From contig CAWHCF010000010.1 in the NCBI GenBank assembly GCA_963827655.1, forward strand, positions 160,001-224,000: 64,000 bases of DNA, read 5' to 3'. Every line of letters begins with the position of its first letter. Positions within the stretch are counted from its first letter, which is position 1. The notes under the pieces were generated by a model. The model saw nothing but the letters and a program-made list of their open reading frames with translations, was not told the origin of the DNA and made no database searches. Positions 52,084 through 61,424 of the stretch are shown here, piece by piece. The translations under genes were made by a program, and so were the position numbers. This DNA comes from an uncultured Acidobacteriota bacterium (GTDB taxonomy: Bacteria > Acidobacteriota > UBA6911).

Positions 52084-53325
52084 CTAGTATACCGAGCGTT
52101 TATGAACCTTGTCTTTGGTGGCCAGCGTGAAACGCGGGTCCACCTCCCCGCCATCCAGTTTAGTCGAGACGTATTCTCCCAGCGCGGGTCCGTGTTTGAA
52201 GCCGTGACCCGAGCCGCCTCCAACCAGCCAGACATTCTCCAGTCCGGGGTGACGATCGATAAGAAAATCGCCGTTGGACGTGTTTTCGTACTGGCAAACT
52301 CGTGCCTCGACCAGGGGGGCGTTGCGCAGCCCTGGGAAACGCCTGGCCAGAATCTTGCGCATCGCCTCAACGCTCTCGCTTCCCACCAGCCGATTCCCCG
52401 AGTCGGCGTCGAAGTGAGGACCGTGCCGATCGAGCGCGATCTTGAAACCGCGGTTTTCGAGATCCGGCACTCCGTACACTTCCTCACCGAAGTCGATCCA
52501 AACTGGCAGGGCGGGGGACGTAAAACGAGCGTCTCCAGCGGGTGGGCCAAAAAAGAGGATTTCCTGGCGCGTCGGGTAGACTCGGTTTTGGAGCAGCTCG
52601 GGAAAAATCTTTGGCAGCCATGGGCCACAGGCGAATACAAAGGTTTCCGCGTGAATGTTATTTCCGCTCCGGGTCTTGAGCGCGGCCAACCGGCCTTTGG
52701 CGCGAGGCGTCTCGACTGCCTCCTTGAAGTAGGCAGTTCCAATCGCGACGGCCTGCTCGACGACCGCCAGAACGCACCGTCGCGCCATGAGCGCTCCACT
52801 GTCGGGCTCGAGCAGACCCCACGTCACCGACCCGAAAGCAATCTGAGGGTATCGCTTCTCAAGCTGCGGGCGCGTCATCTTCTCGAAGGGAACGCCCAGT
52901 TTCTCGAGCGTCGCCATTGTCTTGTTTGCGTACTCGTCGCCGTCGCGCGCCATCCACAGCACTCCGGTGGGGTGAAAGAGCTTTTGGTGGATTTGATCGA
53001 AGAAAGACTTCCACATCTCAAGCGACCGGATCGACCAGCGGGTGTAAATCTCGTCGGCTCCGTAGCCCATCCGGATGATGCGGGATTCACCCCCGGAACT
53101 GGCCCGGCTGTTGCCCGGTCCATAGGCATCGAGCACAACGACTCTTCTTCCGGCCTGTTGCAGGCGATAGGCAATCCAGGCGCCAAAGACACCGGCTCCG
53201 ATGACGGCTACATCGTAGGTTTTTTCCGTTTTCAATGCTGCTGCTCCCGCGTGTGGCCTCCGAATCCCAAAATGAGAGGCCACGCAAGTCAGAGATCGTA
53301 CAAAGTCACGTCGGTTGATGGGCAT
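52084..53325 (-). CDS. FAD-dependent oxidoreductase (monomeric sarcosine oxidase/SolA-like) with Tat-type signal
   Basis: INRRDFV; VIGAGVFG, SSGGESRIIR, C.YENT..GDF.ID, GGSGHGFK. Confidence 0.88.
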   Translation of the reverse strand: MPINRRDFVRSLTCVASHFGIRRPHAGAAALKTEKTYDVAVIGAGVFGAWIAYRLQQAGRRVVVLDAYGPGNSRASSGGESRIIRMGYGADEIYTRWSIRSLEMWKSFFDQIHQKLFHPTGVLWMARDGDEYANKTMATLEKLGVPFEKMTRPQLEKRYPQIAFGSVTWGLLEPDSGALMARRCVLAVVEQAVAIGTAYFKEAVETPRAKGRLAALKTRSGNNIHAETFVFACGPWLPKIFPELLQNRVYPTRQEILFFGPPAGDARFTSPALPVWIDFGEEVYGVPDLENRGFKIALDRHGPHFDADSGNRLVGSESVEAMRKILARRFPGLRNAPLVEARVCQYENTSNGDFLIDRHPGLENVWLVGGGSGHGFKHGPALGEYVSTKLDGGEVDPRFTLATKDKVHKRSVY

Positions 53326-53429
53326 ACCGTAGGGGCCGGTATATCCAAGCCCTCCGCGAAAGTCAAGGCGCCCTCACTTCCGGCGCCCTGGGGCATTGTT
53401 TCGAAAGAGCCGAAGCCTTCCGTTCGCTG

Positions 53430-54428
53430 CTATTTTAGTCCTTCGGACCATCGTGCGGGTGTGATGCGGGCGCGGAGTTCGGCCGCCTTCTCCTCGGCAA
53501 GCGTGTCGTTGATAAACATTCCGGCGCCAGTCTCGCTCCCGGCGAGGTACTTGAGACGGTTGAAGGAGCGGAGCGGTGGATAGAACTCGATGTGGAAGTG
53601 ATAGTGATCGTACACGCCGCCGTCCGTCGGGCGCTGGTGAATTACCATCATGTAAGGAAACGAGAGGTTGAACAGCCGGTCATAAGCGACCAGCAGGGAC
53701 TTGAGCATCGAAGCCAGGTCTCTTTGCTCCTCGCGGCCGAGATCCGTAAGGGCCTGGATATGTCGCTGCGCGGCGATGTGTACTTCGTAGGGCCAGCGCG
53801 CGAAAAAAGGAATATAACCGATAAAGGAACCGTTCTCCGCGATCATCCTGCGCCCATCGCGGCGCTCTTCGGTCATGACGTCACAAATGAGACAACGTCC
53901 CGTCCGCTCCCGGTGACGGCTCGATCGCTCGAGTTCTTGCCGGATGCGAGGCGGGATGAAGGGATAGGCGTAAATCTGGCTGTGGGGATGATGGAGCGTG
54001 ACTCCGATCGACTCCCCCTTATTCTCGAACACGAAAACGTAATCCACAAAATCCAGGGCCCCCAGCTCCTCGAAGCGGTCAGTCCAAACTCGGACCACCT
54101 TGTCAATCTGTTCCACCGGCTCTTCCGCCAGGGTCGAAGTATGGCGGGGAGCATAGAGCACCACCTCGCAGACACCCCGGGCAGGGCGAACCGGATAGAG
54201 GTCGGTTGTCTCGATGCTCGGAGCCTCGGGACTGGACTGGAGGCTTGGAAAGCGATTCTCGAAAACCACGATATCGTAGGCGCTGTCGGGTACTTCGGTA
54301 GAAAACCCGCCGGGCTCCGTAGGGCAGAGGGGGCAGTATCCCGGGGGAGGTAGAAATGTCCGCTCTTGACGGTGCGTTGCGGTAGCCACCCATTCCCCTA
54401 GCAACGGATTCCAGCGCAGCTCGCTCAT
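53430..54428 (-). CDS. galT: Galactose-1-phosphate uridylyltransferase
   Basis: ELRWNPLLGEWV, CPLCP, FENRFP, FENKG..IGVTLHHPHSQ (HPH active site). Confidence 0.95.
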   Translation of the reverse strand: MSELRWNPLLGEWVATATHRQERTFLPPPGYCPLCPTEPGGFSTEVPDSAYDIVVFENRFPSLQSSPEAPSIETTDLYPVRPARGVCEVVLYAPRHTSTLAEEPVEQIDKVVRVWTDRFEELGALDFVDYVFVFENKGESIGVTLHHPHSQIYAYPFIPPRIRQELERSSRHRERTGRCLICDVMTEERRDGRRMIAENGSFIGYIPFFARWPYEVHIAAQRHIQALTDLGREEQRDLASMLKSLLVAYDRLFNLSFPYMMVIHQRPTDGGVYDHYHFHIEFYPPLRSFNRLKYLAGSETGAGMFINDTLAEEKAAELRARITPARWSEGLK

Positions 54429-54430
54429 TT

Positions 54431-54610
54431 TTATTGCTTCTTGCGCCTATTTTCCGGAGGTGGCCTCATTTTGGGGCTTTCTTCTTTGGACTTATCTTCA
54501 TTGTCCCGGGGAGTGGTTTCCAGTTCCTTTTCCGCTCCAGAGCGCTCGTCGTCAAATGTGTAGAAGATCAGATAGCGCCCGTCCGGCAGCTTGATGCAAC
54601 GTTTTTGCAT
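54431..54610 (-). CDS. Small protein (59 aa) between galE and galT
   Basis: MQKRCIKLPDGRYLIFYTFDDE...; stop lies 2 nt before the galT ATG. Confidence 0.55.
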   Translation of the reverse strand: MQKRCIKLPDGRYLIFYTFDDERSGAEKELETTPRDNEDKSKEESPKMRPPPENRRKKQ

Positions 54611-54631
54611 GAAGGTCGTGGGCCGGTCCAT

Positions 54632-54668
54632 AACACCGAGACTCAAAGACACGAAGAAACACCAGGAA
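54632..54668. repeat. Half copy of the 8-nt-period REP-like element
   Basis: ACACCGAGACTCAAAGACACGAAGAAACACCAGGAA. Confidence 0.7.
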
Positions 54669-54681
54669 TCTTTGCAACGTC

Positions 54682-55671
54682 TCAACCGCCCTTTGAGTCG
54701 TAACCGAACGGGTGATCCTGCATCCAGATCCAGGCCGAACCAATCATCGTGTCCAATTGTTGGAATTGAGGGTCCCATCCCAGCTCGCGTCTGATCTTAT
54801 CAGAGCTGGCAACGAGCACCGCGGGATCGCCCGGTCTGCGAGGTCCGAACCGAAGTGGAATCTCGCGCCCCGTTACCGCGCGAGCCGTCTCGATGACCTC
54901 GAGCACCGAGTAGCCGTTGCCCCCGCATCCCAGGTTGTATGTCGCACTGCGGTGGTCTAGAAGACCAAGCGCAAGCACGTGGGCGCGCGCCAGGTCGACA
55001 ACATGGACGTAGTCTCGCACGCAGGTTCCGTCGGGCGTGGAATAGTCGTCTCCGTAGACCTCGACCAACCCTCTGCGTCCGGCGGCTGCCTCGAGTACCA
55101 GAGGGATCAGATGGGTTTCAGGATGGTGCCATTCGCCGCGCCTCCGGCTTGCCCCGGCGGCGTTGAAGTAGCGCAACGAAGCATGACGCAGGCCGTAAGC
55201 TTCCCCGTACCATTGCAGCGCGCGCTCCAGAGCGAGCTTGGTTTCGCCGTACGGATTGGTCGGATACACCGGATCAGTCTCATCGATTGGCTGTTTCTCC
55301 CGGTCACCATAGACCGCCGCCGTTGATGAGAAGACCAGTCGCGCGACGCCACACTCCTTCATGGCATCGAGCAGCGAAAGACCGGCACTTACGTTGTTTC
55401 GATAATACCGCTGAGGGTCTGAGAAGGATTCTCCCACGAGCGAATCCGCCGCCATGTGAATTACGGCTTCGATCTTGTAGTGAGACAGAACGTGGCACAG
55501 GGCTCCCCTGTCGGCCAGTTCCGCCCTCACCAGCGGAGTTTCAGCGCCAACCGCTCCGGCGTGACCCTTGCTGAGATTGTCGTAGACGACGGCTTCGTGT
55601 CCATGACCCGTTAATTCTTCGGTCACGACGCTTCCAATATAACCCGCTCCGCCGGTGACCAGAACACGCAT
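54682..55671 (-). CDS. galE: UDP-glucose 4-epimerase
   Basis: LVTGGAGYIGS, FSSTAAVYG, YGETK, LRYFNAAGA, DGTCVRDYVHV, RRPGDP. Confidence 0.97.
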   Translation of the reverse strand: MRVLVTGGAGYIGSVVTEELTGHGHEAVVYDNLSKGHAGAVGAETPLVRAELADRGALCHVLSHYKIEAVIHMAADSLVGESFSDPQRYYRNNVSAGLSLLDAMKECGVARLVFSSTAAVYGDREKQPIDETDPVYPTNPYGETKLALERALQWYGEAYGLRHASLRYFNAAGASRRRGEWHHPETHLIPLVLEAAAGRRGLVEVYGDDYSTPDGTCVRDYVHVVDLARAHVLALGLLDHRSATYNLGCGGNGYSVLEVIETARAVTGREIPLRFGPRRPGDPAVLVASSDKIRRELGWDPQFQQLDTMIGSAWIWMQDHPFGYDSKGG

Positions 55672-55686
55672 GAGTACTCAGTCCTA

Positions 55687-55762
55687 GCGTCTTCGTGTCT
55701 TCGTGGTTAGCGCTGCGAAACAAATACCGCCAAGACAGGAAGACACCAAGAAACACCAAGAA
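55687..55762. repeat. Palindromic 8-nt-period REP-like element
   Basis: GCGTCTTCGTGTCTTCGTGGTTAGCGCTGCGAAACAAATACCGCCAAGACAGGAAGACACCAAGAAACACCAAGAA. Confidence 0.85.
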
Positions 55763-55764
55763 TC

Positions 55765-56538
55765 TTAAGAAGGAGGATTCTCTTCGACCGGGTTCGGCGC
55801 CGCTCCGGAGATTTCGTGCTCTCCGAGCCTGACGACCACGACCGTTACATTGTCGGGGCCACCGGCCCGGTTCGCCGTCGTTACCAGAGCTTCCCCCATG
55901 GCCTGGGGAGACTTCTGACTATCTGAGAGAATCTCGCGGATGGTGTCGTCCGGAACTACGTCGGTCAGCCCATCGGAGCAGAGAAGATAGACGTCGCCTT
56001 CTCGTGCCTCTCCGCGCTCCAGGTCTATCTCGACCTGTGGATGCGGGCCGATCGATCGCGTGATCAGGTTTTTTTGAGGATGACTTGAGAGTTCTTCTTT
56101 TCTAAGTATGCCGCTTTCGAACAGATGCCAGACCAGGGAGTGGTCACGTGTGAGTTGGTCCAGAACCCCGTCCCGCAACAGGTACGCCCTCGAGTCCCCC
56201 ACGTGAGCGATGTAGTAGCGGTTGTCTTTAAACGATAAGGCCGTTAGCGTGCTGCCCATCCCCGCCAGTTCCGGTTCCAGAGATTGGGTCTCGTGTATCC
56301 GGGCGTTAGCCTTCACCGCTGCTGAAAACAGGGCAGCTTCAGGTTGATCATTGCTGCTGTGCGCGATCGATTCTTCCATTGTCGAAGCAGCTATCTTGCT
56401 CGCTACTTCTCCAGCGGCGTGTCCTCCCATCCCGTCTGCCACGAGAAAGAGTCTTCGATCAGCGTTGGCGGCGTAAGAATCTTCATTCGAAGTTCTGACT
56501 TTGCCCTGGTCGGATAGGATGCCGTACTGAATGTCCAA
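55765..56538 (-). CDS. PP2C-family Ser/Thr phosphatase (Stp1/PrpC-like)
   Basis: R..NED, VADGMGGH.AGEVAS, HVGDSRAY, LLCSDGL, GGPDNVT. Confidence 0.95.
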   Translation of the reverse strand: MDIQYGILSDQGKVRTSNEDSYAANADRRLFLVADGMGGHAAGEVASKIAASTMEESIAHSSNDQPEAALFSAAVKANARIHETQSLEPELAGMGSTLTALSFKDNRYYIAHVGDSRAYLLRDGVLDQLTRDHSLVWHLFESGILRKEELSSHPQKNLITRSIGPHPQVEIDLERGEAREGDVYLLCSDGLTDVVPDDTIREILSDSQKSPQAMGEALVTTANRAGGPDNVTVVVVRLGEHEISGAAPNPVEENPPS

Positions 56539-56716
56539 GGAATTCGTCGCCTTTGAAAGCCCATTGAGGCGGAGTTCTTATAGCACGCAGGACTCTGTTC
56601 TATCAAGCCTCGCCAGCCACTGCTGGCTGAGACGGCTCGTCTACCGAGGAACGGTCGTCGCCTCGAGGCCCGGCAGTTTTCAGGGAGATTCAATCGGGGA
56701 TCCAATCGGTTGGATC

Positions 56717-56751
56717 AAAAACAAAAGGCAGGCGCTCATCGCACCTGCCTT
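56717..56751 (-). terminator. Rho-independent terminator after the small ORF
   Basis: AAGGCAGGTGCGATGAGCGCCTGCCTTTTGTTTTT on the minus strand. Confidence 0.75.
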
Positions 56752-56779
56752 CGATGTACTCGTGTGTTGTGGTTTCGAT

Positions 56780-56962
56780 TTACGCTCCGACCATATGAGC
56801 GCGAGAAAGTGTGACCCGACTTGTCCGCGTCTGGCGCTCCGCACGGCGAAGCTTCACTCTCTGAACCATCTCGCGTCGCGCGCTTACGAAGGAATCAAAG
56901 GTCTTGCCGTCGAACATGTACAAATCGCATCCAATTTTTTCAATGCGGGCCACGATTTTCAT
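56780..56962 (-). CDS. Small basic hypothetical protein (60 aa)
   Basis: AGAGAGGAAG RBS, MKIVARIEKIGCDLYMFDG..., own terminator and upstream sigma54-like promoter. Confidence 0.55.
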   Translation of the reverse strand: MKIVARIEKIGCDLYMFDGKTFDSFVSARREMVQRVKLRRAERQTRTSRVTLSRAHMVGA

Positions 56963-57089
56963 GCTTCCTCCTCTCTGGGCACGGCGCGGGAGGGAGGCAT
57001 GCAAGAGCCTCTACATCTCCCGGTTCTTCTGCATTCTGACCCGTCCCTTCAACAGCATCGGCGCTTGATCCGCCCGACGCTACCAGCAA

Positions 57090-57106
57090 ATGCAATTTCC
57101 ATGCCC
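57090..57106 (-). promoter_or_regulatory. Sigma54-type (-24/-12) promoter
   Basis: GGGCATGGAAATTGCAT = GG-N10-GC with TTGC. Confidence 0.5.
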
Positions 57107-57446
57107 GATGCCCGGAAACATTTGCGATCGCTTGATTCCTAAAAGGTTCCGGGCGAACCCTTATCGTTTCCGCTCTTCACAAGCGCTTTGAGACGGTCGG
57201 AATTATTTCCCGCGGCGATAAATTTCATTAAGCTTGTGCTCGTGTTATTCCCAGTCCTCATATGCCTTTAACGTTTCCGGGGCTTCTCGTGCCCATTACC
57301 AAAATGGAACGAAAGTCGTGGAATCGACTACTCCTTTTCTATTTCAGATCCCACGTCTTCCTTTGTGCTAGAATTCTTTCATTCGTATCATGGAAAAGCA
57401 CAACCTTGCCTGGTCGGATCAAGGAGGCTAACCTTAAGGAAGTCGT

Positions 57447-59222
57447 ATGTCTTTCAAATATTCGCGATTTCGACGATGCGTTCCATGGGTCGCCTTGGTT
57501 CTGCTGATCGCCCAGGTGGGCCTGGCCGGGATATCTCGGACCTTGCAAGATCAGTATCGGCGGCGTTACCAGAATAAGGCGCTGTTTCTCAAGGTTCCGA
57601 TTTTTTCCGAGAGGCACCTCATTGCGGTCGGAAGTCGTCTTCCGCAATCGTCCGCATCGACTCCGCCTCGTTTCAAGGTTGGAGATCAAGTGCGTATCCT
57701 CGGTATCGAGTTCGGAGGGGACGAAATCAAGTTCCAGGTCGGATCCATTGCGGGGACCAGTCCTTCGGAAATCTTGTTCAAGTTTGATGGTGATCTGGCT
57801 GAGGAATTTCCCAACCGGAATGAGTTTGAGGCCGCTCTGGCGGCTACCTTCACCGAAGGTCTCCGATACAGCGATCTCGAAGACGCGAAGAAGGGTTATG
57901 TAGAAGATGCTTTCGAGCGGGCAGTTCGCGAGATTTCTTCAACCAGCGGGGCAAGCCGCGAGACGGTGCTCAAGAACATGGCTCCGCGGCTTCCCGCCTA
58001 CCAGGATGCGCTGCGCGATCTTGAAAACCTCAAAGTCAAGAACCAGGATCTGACGGGCCAGGTCGCACAGCTTCAGTCGGAAAATAAACGGGTCGAGACT
58101 GAACTGCGGCAGCATCAGGCGGAAGTTTCCAAGCTTCGAGGTCTAAGCGCGACATTGCAGGAAAAAACCGACAGCTCGTCTACACAGCTAACCCGCCTCG
58201 GCGATGACCTTAAGAATCTTCGAGGACAAGTTCAGGCATACCAAAGTCAGTTCGCGAATCTGCAGCGCTCGCTCAATATCAGAGTAGATCCGAAAGGCGA
58301 GCTGGCTTCGCAGTTCGGCGAGGTGGTCCAGGCAACGAAGAAACTGCAGAAGGACGGCGAGACTCTCGCGGAGCAGAATAACACTCTTCGCACCAACCTG
58401 GAGAAAGAGCAAGCCGCCAGCAAGCGGCTCTCAGGTGAGATTGAAGACGCCAAGAATTCCAACCGCCAGATGCGCGAAACAATCGAAACCTTGAGCTCGA
58501 AGGAAGATTCGCTCGCCCGGCAGTACCTGAAACTCAAGCAGGTAAAAGAAAACCTGGAGAATGTCACCCTTTCGATGGGAAGTCTGACCACCCAGACGGT
58601 CGACGACAAATCTCAGGCGGGCATACGGAGTCGCAAGGCGAATGTTTATCTGCGGAGCATTCTTCTTGGTACTCTGGAATGGAAACTTCCGGAGCGCTTG
58701 AGTCCCAATGGGACCGGCGGTGGAGAAGCGCGCTTCGCCACCGAATCAATCGATTACGTGCGTGTCGCGCCCGAGGAGCGGCACGTTCTCAGGTCGCTGG
58801 GAGAACGATTCAAGGTTGGGATGAAACTTTCTTCGCTGTCTTCCGGGATGGAAGTTAGACCTGGCGCGGGGGAGGCTTTGCAAGAAGTCGGAGAGCGTGA
58901 CCAGGCGACCTGGCGATGGAACATCGTCAACCGCGGCACGGAGGACACCCGCGTGGTAATTGCCGTCACACTGCTTAATGGCAATGGTGATGAGATTCCG
59001 CTGGCGAAAGACGACCACGTAGTCTTGTCTTCCAGTGTTGTCCGCCAGGCGCGAAATTATTTACAGCCCGTACCTATTGGCCTGGGAGCGCTCCTGGGAC
59101 TCCTGGCAATGGCAATTGTCGGAGTCTTTCGAAGGGGGAGGAGATCAGAGCACGCCCGCAGCCATCCTGAAAGCCCTCGCTCCGAGCCCCCCTCATACGT
59201 CGGTCAGCGAAAACAACTCTAA
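57447..59222 (+). CDS. Exported long coiled-coil protein with C-terminal membrane anchor
   Basis: Signal peptide; ~190-aa heptad-rich region; beta-rich domain (W.WNI); C-terminal TM followed by a basic tail. Confidence 0.7.
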   Translation: MSFKYSRFRRCVPWVALVLLIAQVGLAGISRTLQDQYRRRYQNKALFLKVPIFSERHLIAVGSRLPQSSASTPPRFKVGDQVRILGIEFGGDEIKFQVGSIAGTSPSEILFKFDGDLAEEFPNRNEFEAALAATFTEGLRYSDLEDAKKGYVEDAFERAVREISSTSGASRETVLKNMAPRLPAYQDALRDLENLKVKNQDLTGQVAQLQSENKRVETELRQHQAEVSKLRGLSATLQEKTDSSSTQLTRLGDDLKNLRGQVQAYQSQFANLQRSLNIRVDPKGELASQFGEVVQATKKLQKDGETLAEQNNTLRTNLEKEQAASKRLSGEIEDAKNSNRQMRETIETLSSKEDSLARQYLKLKQVKENLENVTLSMGSLTTQTVDDKSQAGIRSRKANVYLRSILLGTLEWKLPERLSPNGTGGGEARFATESIDYVRVAPEERHVLRSLGERFKVGMKLSSLSSGMEVRPGAGEALQEVGERDQATWRWNIVNRGTEDTRVVIAVTLLNGNGDEIPLAKDDHVVLSSSVVRQARNYLQPVPIGLGALLGLLAMAIVGVFRRGRRSEHARSHPESPRSEPPSYVGQRKQL

Positions 59223-59475
59223 CGATTTACGATTTACGATTGACGATTGCGAGCTTGGCGGCAGCTGGTCAATCGTCATTCTAATCGGTAGAGTCCGGAC
59301 AAGCGCCGGAAACTCCCGCCAATCTTTCGTCCGAGCCCGCAGAATTACGATCGACGATTGACGATTGCAGCTTGCCGGTGGTTGTTCAATCGTGTGCCGC
59401 AAGATATCCCTTCCATCTCAGTCCGCAAACCTCGTAAATACCGTCAAATCGTAACGTCAATCGTCAATCGTCAAT
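59222..59475. repeat. Heptamer (CGATTGA/TCAATCG) inverted repeat cluster between convergent genes
   Basis: ACGATTTACGATTTACGATTGACGATTG at 59222, ATTACGATCGACGATTGACGATTG at ~59344, CGTCAATCGTCAATCGTCAAT at ~59455. Confidence 0.8.
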
Positions 59476-61290
59476 TTGAACATGCCGGGCAGCCAGGCTG
59501 CGAATAATATTCCCGTGGCTTGGGTTGACGAGCCTGAAGTTGTACTTCTTGTTATTCCGGGTGCGGATCGCGATGTCGTCTCCTTGCACCCCCAGGTTGC
59601 GAAGACTGGCGTAAGCCTCGTAGAAACTGTGGTCGTTCTCGGTTGTCTTGTATTCCACGCCTTGTTCCGTAATCAGAAGATTCCCCTTGCAACTGGAGAA
59701 CGCATGCTTGTGTTCTACAGCGAAGGGAGCATTCTCCATCGATGCGAGACGGCTTCGCTGCTGCAAGTCTTGAACCATTGCTTGCAACCGGTCGGGCGTG
59801 TATTTGTCGACCCCGCCGAGTTTTTCCACCTTCCTTAAATGGTCGACGGCGTTCGCGATGTCGTTCCGGTGACGATCGTAAAGAAGGCCCAGGTTTAAGT
59901 GCGCCATGGCGTGGTTCGGGTTGAGCGAGGCGGCCTTCTCGAAATTGAGTATGGCGGTATCCAGTTGCTTCTGCTCCATGTGCGCAGCGCCCAGGTAGAA
60001 ATAGGCCTCGTCGCTGTTGGCATCAAATTTTAGAAACTCTCGCCACTCGACGATTGCTTTGTCATAAGCGCCGGAACGATAGGAATTGATGGCAGACTGG
60101 CGCAGAGTGGCGACCTTCTGGCCCAACTGTTGCTCCTCCTGCTTGCGCAGGAGACCCTGCTGTTCTTTAAGAGCGATTTCGGCCAGCTTGGCCTTCGCTT
60201 CCGCCACTTCAAGGCGCGACTTGCTGTAATTGTCCTCGGGAAAGTACTGCAGTACGAGTTTGAAATCGTTCCTCGCCCCCTGCCAATCGGCGCTGCTGAT
60301 CTTCGTGTCGCCGCGATTCTGCAGCAGCTCCTTTACGCGGAGAAGGGCTCCCTTCGCATACACGTTTTTCTTGTCGAGACGCTCTATGTTGCGAATTGCG
60401 TCCAGCGCATTGTCCTTTTCAGGAGGAACGAGACTCCCGGCTTTCACGGCAGCTTCGGCCTTAGCCGTCCACTCGGCCACCTGTTTCTCGCGATCCTTCA
60501 AGCTGGCGTCAATCTTGCCCGCTAGGTCGGTAAGTCGTTCGTTGATGGAGATATCGTCCGGAAGGATAGCAGCCAGCTGTTTGTAGTGTTTCTCGGCTTC
60601 GAGCCAGTCTTCGCGCGCGTAGGATACGTCTGCGCTGCGGCGCAGCCCTTCGGCGAGCTTTCCTTTCACTTCCTGGGCATGGGGATTCGCCGGATCGATA
60701 GCCAGAATCTTGTTGGCGAAGTAGAGAACATTGTAGTCGTCCGGAGGCGGGAGCAGGATGTTCTCCTTCTGCGCAGTCTCCAGCTTCTTCCTCCACGACT
60801 CGACTTCGGCAAGCTGTTCGTTGCTCAATTTGGCGATCAAAGGTTCAAGTTTCCAGTGAAGGTTCTCGGTCGCGTAGGGGATAACCTCCACTTGTTGGAC
60901 TCTCTCCTTGTATCCCTCCTTGACCGCCTTGATCTGGTATCCACCCGAACGCAGTTCTTCCACTGTGAGCGGACTGGAGCCCCTTGATTTACCGTCGACA
61001 AAAATGGTTGCTCCGGCCGGCGTGGTCTTCACGACGAGCCCGCCATACTTCGGTTTGAGCGACAGGTAGAAGAATGCGGCCGCGGCGCTCAGGAAAGCCA
61101 CGACGACGAGGAGTCCGAGGCTGAGGACCAGCGTGCGAACGGTTACGACCGCCGGCTCCGAACCGTTTCGAGGGGAATGATACGCGGGGGGCTGGAACGA
61201 CTCGACCGCCACATCCAGTTCGGCGCCGTCAACGGGACAGAAGCGGTAGCGATCTTCGTAACTTTCGCCGCATTTACTGCAACTTCTCAT
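59464..61290 (-). CDS. Membrane-anchored zinc-ribbon/PEGA/TPR protein
   Basis: N-terminal CSKC..RFCPVDG, TM helix, PEGA (TTPAGA.IFVDG..RG.SPL..L.SG.Y), several TPRs, beta-rich C-terminus. Confidence 0.8.
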   Translation of the reverse strand: MRSCSKCGESYEDRYRFCPVDGAELDVAVESFQPPAYHSPRNGSEPAVVTVRTLVLSLGLLVVVAFLSAAAAFFYLSLKPKYGGLVVKTTPAGATIFVDGKSRGSSPLTVEELRSGGYQIKAVKEGYKERVQQVEVIPYATENLHWKLEPLIAKLSNEQLAEVESWRKKLETAQKENILLPPPDDYNVLYFANKILAIDPANPHAQEVKGKLAEGLRRSADVSYAREDWLEAEKHYKQLAAILPDDISINERLTDLAGKIDASLKDREKQVAEWTAKAEAAVKAGSLVPPEKDNALDAIRNIERLDKKNVYAKGALLRVKELLQNRGDTKISSADWQGARNDFKLVLQYFPEDNYSKSRLEVAEAKAKLAEIALKEQQGLLRKQEEQQLGQKVATLRQSAINSYRSGAYDKAIVEWREFLKFDANSDEAYFYLGAAHMEQKQLDTAILNFEKAASLNPNHAMAHLNLGLLYDRHRNDIANAVDHLRKVEKLGGVDKYTPDRLQAMVQDLQQRSRLASMENAPFAVEHKHAFSSCKGNLLITEQGVEYKTTENDHSFYEAYASLRNLGVQGDDIAIRTRNNKKYNFRLVNPSHGNIIRSLAARHVQIDD

Positions 61291-61382
61291 GCACGGTAAG
61301 ATAGCATACCGTCTTGAACAGTTGAATACGGGCGCGCTCCGCCAACGACGCGCGCTGAAGTACGTGTTTCAGGTGTGAAACC

Positions 61383-61421
61383 AATACCACCAGGACACCA
61401 AGACACGAAGAAACACCAGGA
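61383..61421. repeat. Half copy of the 8-nt-period REP-like element
   Basis: AATACCACCAGGACACCAAGACACGAAGAAACACCAGGA. Confidence 0.75.
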
Positions 61422-61424
61422 GTC

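Noticed and set aside
51982-53583. 533-aa plus-strand ORF
   Set aside because: Entirely antisense to the FAD oxidoreductase and the galT end, and starts across a repeat; no family features.
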